From the NCBI GenBank assembly GCA_037441845.1, contig JBBIRK010000001.1:465284-529283 (forward strand): 64,000 nucleotides of DNA, written 5' to 3'. Shown here one piece after another: positions 41,587-51,993 of this stretch. Position 1 is the stretch's first letter; every line of letters starts with the position of its first letter. Source of the DNA: Candidatus Zixiibacteriota bacterium (GTDB lineage Bacteria > Zixibacteria > MSB-5A5 > UBA10806 > 4484-95). A model generated the notes under the pieces. The model worked only from the letters and a program-made list of their open reading frames with translations. It was not told where the DNA came from and made no database searches. The position numbers and the translations under genes were made by a program.

Positions 41587-42362
41587 TCACCGACGAACCG
41601 GCGGTCGTATTCAGAAACGTTTCTATCGCCTACGATGGGGGGATTGCCCTCGAAAGTATCGATTTCGAAGTACGCAAAGGCGAATTCCTCGGTATAATCG
41701 GACCCAACGGCGGCGGCAAGACGACCTTGTTGAAAGCCGTACTCGGCTTACTACGACCGTCAACCGGCGAAATCGTCGTTCTGGGTCAATCGCCTGAAAA
41801 AGCCAGACCGCGGATCGGCTATGTCCCGCAGACCAGCTTGTTCGAGCGTCATTTCCCGATCGATGTTTGGAACGTCGTCATGATGGGACGCTTAAACCGC
41901 CTCGGGATTTTCAAGCGTCCCTCGGAAACGGACAAGGCCAAGGTGAAAGAAGTGCTCGATTTCATCGGTCTTTTCGACTTGCGCCGTCGTAAGATCGGGA
42001 GTCTTTCCGGCGGACAGATTCAAAAGGCGATGGTGGCCAGAGCCATAGCAGGCGAGCCCGAATTATTGTTGCTCGACGAGCCTACATCCAGCTTCGACCT
42101 GCGATCGGAAAAAAGCCTTTTCGACTTGCTGTCCTCATTGAACGAGAAGATGACCATCTTGATGGTCTCCCACGACATCGGTGCGGTGTCGAGCCATGTA
42201 ACCACGCTGGCTTGCCTGAATCGCCGGCTGTATCACCACGGCTCGAAAGAAATTCAGCCGCATGTAATCGAATCGGTTTACGGCTGTCCGGTCGACTTGA
42301 TCGCCCACGGGACTCCGCATCGGGTGCTCGGCGAGCACCAACACGAAGACGGTAAATCATGA
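41583..42362 (+). CDS. znuC: Zn/Mn ABC transporter ATP-binding protein
   Basis: GPNGGGKTT, LSGGQ, LLLDEP, SHD. Confidence 0.92.
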   Translation: MITDEPAVVFRNVSIAYDGGIALESIDFEVRKGEFLGIIGPNGGGKTTLLKAVLGLLRPSTGEIVVLGQSPEKARPRIGYVPQTSLFERHFPIDVWNVVMMGRLNRLGIFKRPSETDKAKVKEVLDFIGLFDLRRRKIGSLSGGQIQKAMVARAIAGEPELLLLDEPTSSFDLRSEKSLFDLLSSLNEKMTILMVSHDIGAVSSHVTTLACLNRRLYHHGSKEIQPHVIESVYGCPVDLIAHGTPHRVLGEHQHEDGKS

Positions 42363-43189
42363 TTGATACAATCACGAGTTTCTGGCAATACGAATTTTTC
42401 CGCAATGCGCTGGCGGCGGGGATTTTAGCCAGTATCGCTTGCGGGATAATCGGAAGTTATGTCGTGGTCAAGCGGATCGCCCTGGTTGCCGGGGGGATTT
42501 CCCATACTGCCTACGGTGGAATCGGGCTGGGCTTCTTTCTCGGAATCAACCCCATAGTCGGGGCCGCCGTTTTCAGCCTTGCAGCCGCCTTCATAATCGT
42601 TTGGATAAGACAAAAATCAAGCCAGTACGAGGACACTTTGATAGCGATCATGTGGGCGATGGGAATGGCGATCGGCATTTATTTCATCGGCAAAACCCCG
42701 GGCTATGCGCCCAACCTGATGAGTTATCTGTTCGGCAACATCCTCACTATTCCGACCGACGACCTGCTGATCGTAGCTATCCTCGATCTGATAATAGCGG
42801 GATCGACCGTTCTTTTGTTCAAGGAGTTCCGAGCCTTGACGTTCGATGAGGAACATGCGCGTATCGCCGGACTTCCCACGACGTTATTGAATCTTTTGCT
42901 TTTCTGTTTGGTGTCGTTGACCGTTGTAGCCCTTATCCGCGCGGTCGGCGTGATTCTTGTGATCGCATTGTTGACCATTCCGGCGGCGATCGCCGTGCAA
43001 TACTGCCGGAATTTACAATCGATGATGACTCTTTCGATCGGGCTCGGCGCGGTATTCACCACTATCGGGCTGATGATTTCCGCTACCGAGAACATAGCCT
43101 CGGGAGCTACTATCGTCTTCGTGGCCGGAATCGCTTATCTTATCTCCTTTTTTGCGCGTCCGTTTATAAGCCGCTTCTTGCCCCGATAA
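42359..43189 (+). CDS. znuB: Zn/Mn ABC transporter permease
   Basis: GISHTAYGG, YLFGNIL, TFDEE, VGVILVIALLTIPA. Confidence 0.92.
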   Translation: MIDTITSFWQYEFFRNALAAGILASIACGIIGSYVVVKRIALVAGGISHTAYGGIGLGFFLGINPIVGAAVFSLAAAFIIVWIRQKSSQYEDTLIAIMWAMGMAIGIYFIGKTPGYAPNLMSYLFGNILTIPTDDLLIVAILDLIIAGSTVLLFKEFRALTFDEEHARIAGLPTTLLNLLLFCLVSLTVVALIRAVGVILVIALLTIPAAIAVQYCRNLQSMMTLSIGLGAVFTTIGLMISATENIASGATIVFVAGIAYLISFFARPFISRFLPR

Positions 43190-43210
43190 AAGTGCCCCGA
43201 ATCAGGGATT

Positions 43211-44002
43211 TCACGCCAGCCCAAAACCGACTTTCTCTAAAAATTCCCGCATGTGCGGCCTTAACAAAGTTGGCTCAACCGAAGCCAAGCGCCGCGCCGT
43301 ATGCTCCATCCATGAGTAATCTTGTTCCGTGATCACCCGGTTATCGAGAGCCGGCATTTTCCGCCCCGGGCCGTCGTATAAGCCGGTGGCGCGGATTTCC
43401 CGATCGTATCGCTCCAGCAGAGGAAAGATTTCGCCCTTATTGTATTTCTCCCGATGAACCACTATCTCCTCCGGAAGCCGCGGTTTCTTTACGGGTTTCG
43501 TATCCGGCCAGCCGAGGCAGATCCCCATCAGCACAAAAACTCGTTCCGGCAACTCGAGAAGCCCCCATATCTCATAAGGATTATTGCGCACGCCGCCGAT
43601 CATCACCCCGGCGAGCCCGCATGACTGCGCGCCCAACAATATGTTCTGAGCCACCAACGCCGAATCGACGATGGCGGTGATCAATAGCTCGATATGACCG
43701 GCTTTTATCTTATAACCCCGGGCCGAACAGATCAGCTCGAGCCGATGGATATCAGGACAGATCGCCAGAAAAACCGGGCAACGCTCGACCCAAACTTGGT
43801 CTCCGCAAAGCCGAGCCAGCTTTTTCTTTTTGTCCTTATCCCTGATGATGATTATGGAATAGGCCTGTAAATTCGACGACGTCGGCGCCTGGCGCGCGGC
43901 GGTCAATATTCTCTCGAGCAAGTCATCGGGAATATCTTCGGCTTTGTATTTGCGAACCGATGCGTGCGCCGCCATCACCGACAAAACCGCATTATCATGC
44001 AT
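43211..44002 (-). CDS. NfsA/Frp-type NADPH-dependent nitro/flavin reductase
   Basis: HASVRKY, APTSSNLQAYSII, IGGVRN, KPRLP...H.EKY. Confidence 0.9.
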   Translation of the reverse strand: MHDNAVLSVMAAHASVRKYKAEDIPDDLLERILTAARQAPTSSNLQAYSIIIIRDKDKKKKLARLCGDQVWVERCPVFLAICPDIHRLELICSARGYKIKAGHIELLITAIVDSALVAQNILLGAQSCGLAGVMIGGVRNNPYEIWGLLELPERVFVLMGICLGWPDTKPVKKPRLPEEIVVHREKYNKGEIFPLLERYDREIRATGLYDGPGRKMPALDNRVITEQDYSWMEHTARRLASVEPTLLRPHMREFLEKVGFGLA

Positions 44003-44068
44003 CTCTCCGCTCCTTCAATTTTGACATTGCTATCGTTTGAAGCTAAAATACGGCAAGGAGGATTGGCA

Positions 44069-46240
44069 ATGATTAAATATACGCTCGCCTTGTTTCTGGC
44101 TATAGCCGTCCCGACCCTATGGGCGCAAACGGCTGCGGACGTCCCTAAAACGGACCGCCTTGGACAAGCGTTGGAAAAAGTCGGTTTAAGTCGCAACCAA
44201 CTCGGATTCCACCCCAAAGGTTACTGGAATCGTTTCCCGCAGCCTCGGCATATTCCGCACATCTTGCCTTTCTTCGAGGACCTGTTCGCCGAGCCGATGA
44301 AAGTATATGATTTCGCTAAAACCATGGGCAACGCCGTCGCATATTATCTCGACCCGGTCCATTTCGATACCGCCGGAAATTGCCTCTACAATTTGGTTTA
44401 TTTGAACGGCGTCGACCGCAAGTTGATCGGATTTCGAAATTTCGGCGTAAACTTGAACCCGCGGATCGATGAAGCCCAGCCGATGCTCGATGCGTTCGAA
44501 CGGATTTACGAGGCCTACGGCGGACGGCTCGAATTCATGACCTTCAACAAGATATCCGATTGGCCCAACCCTCGCCGGCGGCTTGAAATGCAGCTCGATT
44601 CCGTTCCCATCGAAATTCAAAAGCCGATCGCCGCCCTTATGCTGAATCTGCTCGATGCCTCGCGATGGCGCAATATCGCGGTGCGAAATGTCAACTTCGA
44701 ACGACAAAAGGCTTTGTTCGATATCAAGGACTTGGCGGAAACTATCGGCGACGGCCAGGTGTATTACCCGGAAATCGATGACGTCGCCGCCGCTTTGGAT
44801 GAGCATTCCTTGTATTATGCCGCGATGAAAACCGTGCAGGCGGCGGAGACCTGTTACAGAGATCTCAAAACCGCGGTGACCAGCCGAAAACATAATCTAT
44901 CCCGATTGCACTTCGAATTCGATTCGCCGCTCGGAAAGGTGATAATCCGCGGCACCGGCGACGATGAAGCCAGATATGTCGATGCCGCCGTCCTGATCGA
45001 TCTGGGCGGTGATGATCGGCATTCCGGCAACTGCGGCGCATCCATATCGCCGGAAAAAGCCATAGCGGTTATGATCGATATCGCCGGCCGCGACCGATAC
45101 GAAAACGAAGAAGCCGCCTACCCCTCGCAGGGCTCGGCGGTGCTGGGCGCCGGAATCTTGATCGACGGTTCCGGTGATGACTCCTACGCGGCCGAACGTC
45201 AAGCCCAGGGGTGCGCTTTGTTCGGGCTGGGCCTGCTGCTCGATATCGAGGGCGACGACGACTATCGAATCAAGACCAGCGGCCAGGGTTGCGGTTATTT
45301 CGGGCTCGGTTTCGCACTTGACATAAAAGGAAAGGACAAACGGTATATCTGCGGCGACGGCCAGGGTTTCGGCGGCGTCGGCGGGATTGGTATCTGCGCC
45401 GACTACTTCGGCGATGACGAATATGTGGCGGAACCTCTTGCCAGCGTCTTCAATCGAGGTGATTACCATTCGGAAAACAAGATCAACGTCAACTCCGCCC
45501 AAGGGGCCGGAATGGGGAGAAGGGGCGACGGCTCGGACGGCCACAGCTGGGCAGGCGGTTTGGGGGCCTTGATCGATATCAAGGGCGATGACTCGTATTA
45601 TTCAGGAAACTGGACTCTCGGCTGCGGCTATTGGTTCGGAACCGGTATCGTGTATGACGGTGAAGGGGACGATCGATATCGTTCGGTTTATTTCACTCAG
45701 GCCTCCGGAGCGCATTTTTGTATAGGCGCCCTCATCGATGAGACCGGCAACGACCTCCACGAATTGAGAGAAACCGCAGGAGCGGGATTAGCTTTCGGCT
45801 GGGACTACACCATCGCCCTGCTTGTCAATCGCGGCGGCGACGATCGCTATATCGCCAAAATCATCTCCCTTGCCTGCGCCCAGATTAGGTCGGACGCTTT
45901 CTTTTTCGATATTGGCGGCGACGACTACTATCAGCTGGGCCGAGGAACGGACGGCCTCGGTTCTGCCACCTATCGCGATAGCTACGACAAGCCCAATCGC
46001 TTTTCGCCCTATGATTACTATGCGAATTCAATAGCCTTGTTTCTCGATATCGGCGGACTCGATCGATATGTCGAAATCGATCAAGAAGGCAAATCATCAA
46101 TTCCCACAATCGGAGCCGCCGACAACAGCATTTGGCTGTCGCCGGCAAAAGATTCGGGACGTTACGGCGCCGGTAATTTCGGGATTGGAATGGACGCAGC
46201 CGAGGGTCTGGTTCCGGAATTGGAGATATTCAATAGATAG
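44069..46240 (+). CDS. Secreted hypothetical protein with about 12 Gly/Asp-rich [hD]xxG[DN]DxY repeats
   Basis: AAGGAGG RBS, signal peptide, repeats such as IDLGGDDRH, IDGSGDDSY, LDIEGDDDY, IDIKGDDSY, FDIGGDDYY. Confidence 0.7.
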   Translation: MIKYTLALFLAIAVPTLWAQTAADVPKTDRLGQALEKVGLSRNQLGFHPKGYWNRFPQPRHIPHILPFFEDLFAEPMKVYDFAKTMGNAVAYYLDPVHFDTAGNCLYNLVYLNGVDRKLIGFRNFGVNLNPRIDEAQPMLDAFERIYEAYGGRLEFMTFNKISDWPNPRRRLEMQLDSVPIEIQKPIAALMLNLLDASRWRNIAVRNVNFERQKALFDIKDLAETIGDGQVYYPEIDDVAAALDEHSLYYAAMKTVQAAETCYRDLKTAVTSRKHNLSRLHFEFDSPLGKVIIRGTGDDEARYVDAAVLIDLGGDDRHSGNCGASISPEKAIAVMIDIAGRDRYENEEAAYPSQGSAVLGAGILIDGSGDDSYAAERQAQGCALFGLGLLLDIEGDDDYRIKTSGQGCGYFGLGFALDIKGKDKRYICGDGQGFGGVGGIGICADYFGDDEYVAEPLASVFNRGDYHSENKINVNSAQGAGMGRRGDGSDGHSWAGGLGALIDIKGDDSYYSGNWTLGCGYWFGTGIVYDGEGDDRYRSVYFTQASGAHFCIGALIDETGNDLHELRETAGAGLAFGWDYTIALLVNRGGDDRYIAKIISLACAQIRSDAFFFDIGGDDYYQLGRGTDGLGSATYRDSYDKPNRFSPYDYYANSIALFLDIGGLDRYVEIDQEGKSSIPTIGAADNSIWLSPAKDSGRYGAGNFGIGMDAAEGLVPELEIFNR

Positions 46241-46382
46241 TCGTGAATCGGCGACGGGCGTTGATCTCCGGCTGTTTTCGCTTGATTTGCCGAATCGGCC
46301 GTGGCAATAATTAGTGACGGCAACTGTTGGTAAACCGCAACAAGCGAATCGGAGTAAATACTCGTTAGAAAGGAGGAGATCC

Positions 46383-46904
46383 ATGGGATTAAGGTTGGTA
46401 TTATTTCCCGCCTCGATCGCGATTTGGGGAATGATCGTTGGAGCGGCGAATCTGCCGGCTCAAGACAAAATCGATATCGGCGGAAAAATGACTTGCAGGA
46501 TCGATGACCGTAAAGAATTCCCCGTGGGCGATGAGGAGGGACATACTATAGCACTTAACAAAAGCACGGGAATCAACATCAGTACCGGTACCTCCGCATT
46601 CATGGATGGAGCCGCTGCAATCAATTTCGCGGTTGGCGATCTGAAAAAAGGAACCGGCGAACAGTTCGGTTACGTCGTATTCGCCGCCGGGCCCGATTCC
46701 GCTTTCGCCCGATGGGATCATTTCACGAGCACTACGATGACCCCCGAAGGCAAACCTCGCACCACGTTCAAGGGGACGTTCGTATTCACCAGGGGAACCG
46801 GCAAATACGCCGGGATACGGGGAAACGGCCAATATACGGGCGCGTTTTCCTCCCCCGATGAATACATGGTCGAATGGAACGGAAAATATCAGTCGGGGAA
46901 ATAA
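46383..46904 (+). CDS. Secreted hypothetical protein, dirigent/allene oxide cyclase-like barrel
   Basis: AGGAGG RBS, signal peptide, GTFVFTRGTGKYAGIRGNG motif. Confidence 0.55.
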   Translation: MGLRLVLFPASIAIWGMIVGAANLPAQDKIDIGGKMTCRIDDRKEFPVGDEEGHTIALNKSTGINISTGTSAFMDGAAAINFAVGDLKKGTGEQFGYVVFAAGPDSAFARWDHFTSTTMTPEGKPRTTFKGTFVFTRGTGKYAGIRGNGQYTGAFSSPDEYMVEWNGKYQSGK

Positions 46905-47009
46905 TCCGTGTAGCTTGATCGTCCGTTAAACCATAAGGCGGGCTGACCGCCTGCAACCAACCATAGCCAAACGTAAATGTCGGCAGGTCGGCGAAAACGG
47001 CCTGCCGAC

Positions 47010-47038
47010 TTGACTTGCATAAGTAGTATAAATATATT
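47010..47038 (+). promoter_or_regulatory. Sigma70 promoter for tRNA-Leu-tig-clpP-clpX
   Basis: TTGACT-17 nt-TATATT, 17 nt upstream of the tRNA; preceded by a strong hairpin (46978-47009). Confidence 0.7.
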
Positions 47039-47055
47039 GATAGTTCGTCGGATAA

Positions 47056-47137
47056 GCGAAAGTGGCGGAGCTGGCAGACGCGCTGGACTTAGGATCCAGT
47101 CCCGAAAGGGGTGGGGGTTCAAATCCCCCCTTTCGCA
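47056..47137 (+). tRNA. tRNA-Leu (anticodon TAG), CCA not encoded
   Basis: Acceptor GCGAAAG/CTTTCGC, D-loop TGGCAGAC, anticodon arm CTGGA-CTTAGGA-TCCAG, long variable arm, T-arm GGGGG-TTCAAAT-CCCCC; usual position upstream of tig. Confidence 0.95.
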
Positions 47138-47196
47138 AATTACTAACCAGACCCAAATAGCATCGGATTATGACGATGCCGCGCAAAGAAGGATGA

Positions 47197-48447
47197 ATGA
47201 CCAAAGTAGTCGTGAAAAAAGAACCCAATTGCCGGAGAATACTGGAAATCGAGGTTCCACCTGAAACGGTGGCCGCCGAGTTCGATAAACAATTCAACAG
47301 CTTTCGAGCCAAAGCGAATATACCCGGTTTTCGGCCCGGTAAGGCCCCTGCGGATATCATCAAAAAAAGATATGCTCTCGACATTCGAAACGACGCTATT
47401 GAAGAGCTTGTTTACGGCAGCCTTGAGGAAGCTATAAAACAGGAAAATCTTTTTGTAATCAATAAACCAAAAGTAAGCAATATCGAACTCGCTGACGGCC
47501 GGCCGTTGACGTTCCGGGTCGAACTCGAAGTCAGGCCGGAGGTGACGCTCAACGACTACAAGGGATTCGAGGTAAAACGGGTAAAGATAGAAACCACCGA
47601 TCAAGATGTCGAAGATTACGTCGCTGGGATGCGGAACAGAATGGCTGAATTCGTCCCGGTGGAAAGGCGTTCACACTCCGACGATCTGGTGGTGGTCGAT
47701 TTGCTGAAAAAAAAGATGGGCGACGGTCCGGCCGATGAAAACAAAGTGGAAAATGTGGAAATCGATCTGGGGGCCGAGGGAGTATTGAAGGAATTCAAAG
47801 AGGGCTTGACCGGTGTGGGGATCGGCGAATTGAAGGAAATCGAGGTCGTTTATCCGGAAGATTATCACGAACGAACTTTGGCTGGAAACAGGGTCGGCTA
47901 TTTGGTGGCGGTCAAAGAGGTCAAAGAGCGCGTTCTGCCTTCGCTCGATGACGATTTCGCCCGACGTTTCGATGATGTCTCATCGTTGAATGACCTGAGG
48001 TCGAAGGTGCGAAAGCATCTTGAGGAACAGGCATTGTCCCGTTCCGATCAGGCTGTCAAAGGAGACATCATCAAGCATATCGTCGAGAAAAACCAATTCG
48101 AGGTTCCCGAATCGTTCGTCGAGGAATATTTGAAATCGGCAACCGAAAATTTCAAGAAACGTTATAAAAATGTCGATGAATTAGAATTGAGGCGGTCATA
48201 CAGAAAAATCGGCGAGGACAGCATCCGCTGGCAGCTGATTTATCTGGAAATCGCCCGCAAGGAGGGTATCCGGGTGGACGATGCCGATCGGGAAGCCTGG
48301 GTGCGCAATTTCGCCGGCCGCTACGATATGTCTTACGAGGCCGCCCGCGATGCGCTCGGCCGATCGCGCAAATTCGAGGAGATCGACGATACGCTTCTGG
48401 AAAATAAGGTGCTTGATTTTCTCGCGGCTAACGTGAAGATTATCTGA
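47197..48447 (+). CDS. tig: Trigger factor
   Basis: IPGFRPGKAP ribosome-binding motif, FKBP-like domain (YPEDYH..LAG), synteny. Confidence 0.93.
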   Translation: MTKVVVKKEPNCRRILEIEVPPETVAAEFDKQFNSFRAKANIPGFRPGKAPADIIKKRYALDIRNDAIEELVYGSLEEAIKQENLFVINKPKVSNIELADGRPLTFRVELEVRPEVTLNDYKGFEVKRVKIETTDQDVEDYVAGMRNRMAEFVPVERRSHSDDLVVVDLLKKKMGDGPADENKVENVEIDLGAEGVLKEFKEGLTGVGIGELKEIEVVYPEDYHERTLAGNRVGYLVAVKEVKERVLPSLDDDFARRFDDVSSLNDLRSKVRKHLEEQALSRSDQAVKGDIIKHIVEKNQFEVPESFVEEYLKSATENFKKRYKNVDELELRRSYRKIGEDSIRWQLIYLEIARKEGIRVDDADREAWVRNFAGRYDMSYEAARDALGRSRKFEEIDDTLLENKVLDFLAANVKII

Positions 48448-48464
48448 AACAGTAAGGAGAGCGC

Positions 48465-49067
48465 ATGTCCAAACATATGCAGACATTGGTCCCTATCGTG
48501 GTGGAACAGACAGGCCGCGGCGAACGCGCCTACGATATCTACTCCCGCCTGCTGAAAGACCGCATAGTATTTATCGGGACACCCATCGATGACAATGTGG
48601 CCAACCTGGTGATCGCCCAGCTGTTGTTTCTCGAAGCCGAAGATCCCGAAAAGGATATTTTCCTCTATATCAATTCCCCGGGCGGTATGGTCACCGCCGG
48701 TCTGGCGATATATGACACGATGCAGTATGTAAAACCCGCAATCAACACCACTTGCGTCGGCTTGGCCGCTTCGATGGCGGCGGTGTTATTGGCTGCCGGG
48801 GCCGAAGGCAAACGGGCTGCTTTGAAAAACTCGCGCATTCTCATTCATCAACCGTGGGGCGGTTATCAGGGCCAAGCCTCGGACATCGAGATTCACGCCA
48901 AGGAAATCCTCAAAACCAAAGATCAGCTCAATGCAATACTGGCCAAACATACCGGCCAGCCCATAGAAAGAATATTGAAAGACACCGACCGCGATTATTT
49001 CATGTCGGCCGATGAGGCCAAAGAATATGGTCTTGTCGATGAAGTTTTCGAAAGAAAACCCAAATAG
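48465..49067 (+). CDS. clpP: ATP-dependent Clp protease proteolytic subunit
   Basis: [30 protein letters not shown]. Confidence 0.97.
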   Translation: MSKHMQTLVPIVVEQTGRGERAYDIYSRLLKDRIVFIGTPIDDNVANLVIAQLLFLEAEDPEKDIFLYINSPGGMVTAGLAIYDTMQYVKPAINTTCVGLAASMAAVLLAAGAEGKRAALKNSRILIHQPWGGYQGQASDIEIHAKEILKTKDQLNAILAKHTGQPIERILKDTDRDYFMSADEAKEYGLVDEVFERKPK

Positions 49068-49131
49068 CCCAGGGAAATCACCTTCAAATCGCATTTGATT
49101 CACCCCGGGACTATATCATAGGAAGTCCCCG

Positions 49132-50388
49132 ATGCCTAAAAAGAGCAACCAACAGCCGCCGCCGAGGCTGCCCAAAGATTTTTGCAGTTTCTGCGGCCGC
49201 CCGGCCACCAATAAGGTTCAGCTTATCTCCGCCCCGGGCGCTTCTATCTGCGCCGAATGCGTGGGCGTGTGTAATACGATTTTGAACCAAAAAAAAGCCA
49301 AGTCTCCGCCGGTTATCGATGTTCCTACGCCGCGGCAGATCTTGAAATTCCTCGATGATTACGTGATCGGGCAGGAGCGGGCCAAAAAAACTTTGGCGGT
49401 GGCGGTCTACAATCATTACCGCCGGATTACCACCCGTAGCACCGACCCCGATTCGGTTCCGCTCGAAAAGGCCAATATCCTGCTGGTAGGACCTACGGGG
49501 ACCGGTAAGACGCTTCTGGCCCAAACTCTGGCGAAAATGCTTCAAGTCCCGTTTACGATCGCCGATGCCACCACCTTGACCGAGGCGGGATATGTCGGGG
49601 AAGATGTCGAAAACATTTTGGTCAGGCTGCTGCAGGCGGCCGATTACGACGTCGAGGCCGCTCAGGTGGGAATCGTCTATATCGACGAAATAGATAAAAT
49701 CGCCAGAAAAATGGATTCGCCATCGATAACCAGGGATGTCTCGGGCGAGGGCGTCCAGCAGGGACTGCTTAAAATTCTCGAGGGAACGGTTTCGGCGGTT
49801 CCCCCTAAAGGCGGCCGCAAGCATCCAGAACAGGATATGATCCATATCGACACCAAAAACATCCTGTTTATATGCGGCGGCGCTTTCGAGGGGCTCGATA
49901 AAATCGTGGCCAAAAGGCTGGGCAGGAAAATTATCGGTTTCAAAGCCGACAGCCGCCAGTTGACTCAAGCCACCAACGAACTGCTTGCCCAAATAGAATA
50001 CGAGGACCTCCATGCGTTCGGCCTCATACCCGAAATCATCGGGCGGCTGCCTGTGGTTTCGGCTCTGGGCGAACTCGATCTCGCCGCGCTCAAAAGGATT
50101 TTGACCGAGCCGAAAAACGCCCTGGTAAAGCAATATGAAGAATACTTCCGTCAGGAAAATATCGAGCTGATTTTCAAGGATGAAGCGATCGAGGCGGTGG
50201 CTGAGATCGCGCTGAAACGACATACCGGCGCTCGAGCGCTCAGGTCGATTCTCGAATCGGCGATGATGGAAATCATGTTCGATGCGCCATCGCAGGAGGG
50301 GCTCGAAAAGATAATAATCGGCCGCGGAGTGATCGAGGGAAAGGCCGAGCCGGAATATATCTACGGCGAAAAAAAGAAGAGAGCATAG
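49132..50388 (+). CDS. clpX: ATP-dependent Clp protease ATP-binding subunit
   Basis: CSFC...CAEC zinc finger, [27 protein letters not shown] loop, TGARALR. Confidence 0.97.
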   Translation: MPKKSNQQPPPRLPKDFCSFCGRPATNKVQLISAPGASICAECVGVCNTILNQKKAKSPPVIDVPTPRQILKFLDDYVIGQERAKKTLAVAVYNHYRRITTRSTDPDSVPLEKANILLVGPTGTGKTLLAQTLAKMLQVPFTIADATTLTEAGYVGEDVENILVRLLQAADYDVEAAQVGIVYIDEIDKIARKMDSPSITRDVSGEGVQQGLLKILEGTVSAVPPKGGRKHPEQDMIHIDTKNILFICGGAFEGLDKIVAKRLGRKIIGFKADSRQLTQATNELLAQIEYEDLHAFGLIPEIIGRLPVVSALGELDLAALKRILTEPKNALVKQYEEYFRQENIELIFKDEAIEAVAEIALKRHTGARALRSILESAMMEIMFDAPSQEGLEKIIIGRGVIEGKAEPEYIYGEKKKRA

Positions 50389-50433
50389 GCAAAGATAGAG
50401 CACGCGGAAAAATCTTGAAGAAAGACAGCGCGT

Positions 50434-51342
50434 ATGACCATACCGGATTACCAGAGCATAATGTTGCCGCTTTTGGAATATACGGCCGACGGGAAAGAAC
50501 ATTATTTTAGGGATGCAGTTGAGGCAATGGCTGTAAAATTCAACCTTTCGCCAGAAGAAAAAATGGAACTGCTTCCCAGCGGCAGAAAACCGACATTTGA
50601 TGACCGTGTCGGTTGGGCTCGGACTTATATGAAACATGCCGGCCTGTTGGAATCGACAAGGCGCGGACATTTTCGGATAACGCAAAGAGGGCGGGAGGTT
50701 CTTTCTCGGCGGCCGCCTAAAATCGATGTTTCGTTTTTATCACGATTCCCGGAATTTAATGAATTTAGTTTCAGGCGGCGGGAATCGATTGTTGAAAGTG
50801 ATCAAAGAATTGACAGCTTGAATGATACACCGGAAGAACTCCTTGAGAATTCTTTTAAAGTTATAAACCAAAATCTCGCCGATGAGATCCTGCGAAACAT
50901 CAAGAGTTGTTCTCCTGCGTTCTTTGAAAAGCTGGTCGTAGATGTTCTTTTGAAAATCGGCTATGGCGGCAGTCGTCAAGACGCGGGGCGCGCGATAGGA
51001 CGGGCCGCGGACGGAGAAATCGACGGAATAATAAAAGAAGACCGCCCCGGCCTTGACGTCATATACATTCAGGCCAAACGCTGGGAGAATGTGGTAGGTC
51101 GCCCGGAAGTGCAAAAGTTTGCCGGCGCCCTACAAGGTCACCGCGCTAAAAAGGGCGTATTCATGACCTCTTCATCTTTCACGGAAGAGGCAAAAGAATT
51201 TGCCCGCCAAATAGAAAATAAAATTATTCTGATCGACGGCCGGATGCTTGCCGATTTAATGATCGAAAACAACGTCGGCGTTTCGCCGATAGCCAGTTAT
51301 GAAATCAAGAAAATCGATTCGGATTATTTCACCGAAGACTAA
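50434..51342 (+). CDS. mrr: Mrr family (type IV) restriction endonuclease
   Basis: MTIPDYQSIMLPLL, Mrr_N (RVGWARTY), FFEKLVVD, DGEIDG...YIQAKRW, LIDG. Confidence 0.92.
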   Translation: MTIPDYQSIMLPLLEYTADGKEHYFRDAVEAMAVKFNLSPEEKMELLPSGRKPTFDDRVGWARTYMKHAGLLESTRRGHFRITQRGREVLSRRPPKIDVSFLSRFPEFNEFSFRRRESIVESDQRIDSLNDTPEELLENSFKVINQNLADEILRNIKSCSPAFFEKLVVDVLLKIGYGGSRQDAGRAIGRAADGEIDGIIKEDRPGLDVIYIQAKRWENVVGRPEVQKFAGALQGHRAKKGVFMTSSSFTEEAKEFARQIENKIILIDGRMLADLMIENNVGVSPIASYEIKKIDSDYFTED

Positions 51343-51405
51343 CCAAATCGCTTTCATTTTGCAAATCGTGCTTATATCGTTACCGGTTTGAAATAGTGGA
51401 TCGCG

Positions 51406-51993
51406 ATGATATTCCCCGGCCAAGCATCTTTTCGCGGCTCGTTTTACGAAATCGCCCAGCTGCCGAATATCAGCCTCCCTCAAGTCGCTTTCGTCGGCCG
51501 CTCCAACGTCGGCAAATCAAGCATGATCAATAAACTGCTGAACCGACGGAATCTGGCCAAGACTTCCAAAGCCCCGGGCAAAACCAGATCCATCAATTTC
51601 TACGAAATCGGCGGCAAATATCTATTCGTCGATCTGCCCGGCTATGGCTATGCCAGGTTGGCGGCATCCGACCGAAAAGCCTGGAAGGAACTGATCGAAT
51701 ATTATTTCCGGCAGACACGTTCGCTCAAAGGAATAATCCATCTGATCGATATCAGACACGGACTTCAAGACAGCGACCGGGAATTGATAAATTACATAGA
51801 TCAACTCGGAATCAAAATGATCCGGGTCCTGACCAAATCGGATAAACTTAATCGCAAACAGCAGGCGGCGGTTGCGGAAAATATCGGCCGAGAGCTTGAC
51901 ATAGACAGCCGAAATCTGGTAATCTTCTCCGCTCGTGATAATACTGGTGTCAAGGAATTGAGCCGGAAAATAATGGAACTGCTCGAATCGTGA
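51406..51993 (+). CDS. yihA: Ribosome biogenesis GTPase YihA/EngB
   Basis: GRSNVGKSS, PGKT, DLPGYGY, TKSDK. Confidence 0.95.
   Translation: MIFPGQASFRGSFYEIAQLPNISLPQVAFVGRSNVGKSSMINKLLNRRNLAKTSKAPGKTRSINFYEIGGKYLFVDLPGYGYARLAASDRKAWKELIEYYFRQTRSLKGIIHLIDIRHGLQDSDRELINYIDQLGIKMIRVLTKSDKLNRKQQAAVAENIGRELDIDSRNLVIFSARDNTGVKELSRKIMELLES

Noticed and set aside
47056..47137. tRNA-Leu as an integration site
   Set aside because: No integrase and no duplicated tRNA 3' end noticed; the tRNA-Leu-tig order is the usual one
49111..50685. 524-aa antisense ORF over clpX and mrr
   Set aside because: Shadow of a conserved gene in GC-rich DNA, with no recognisable motifs
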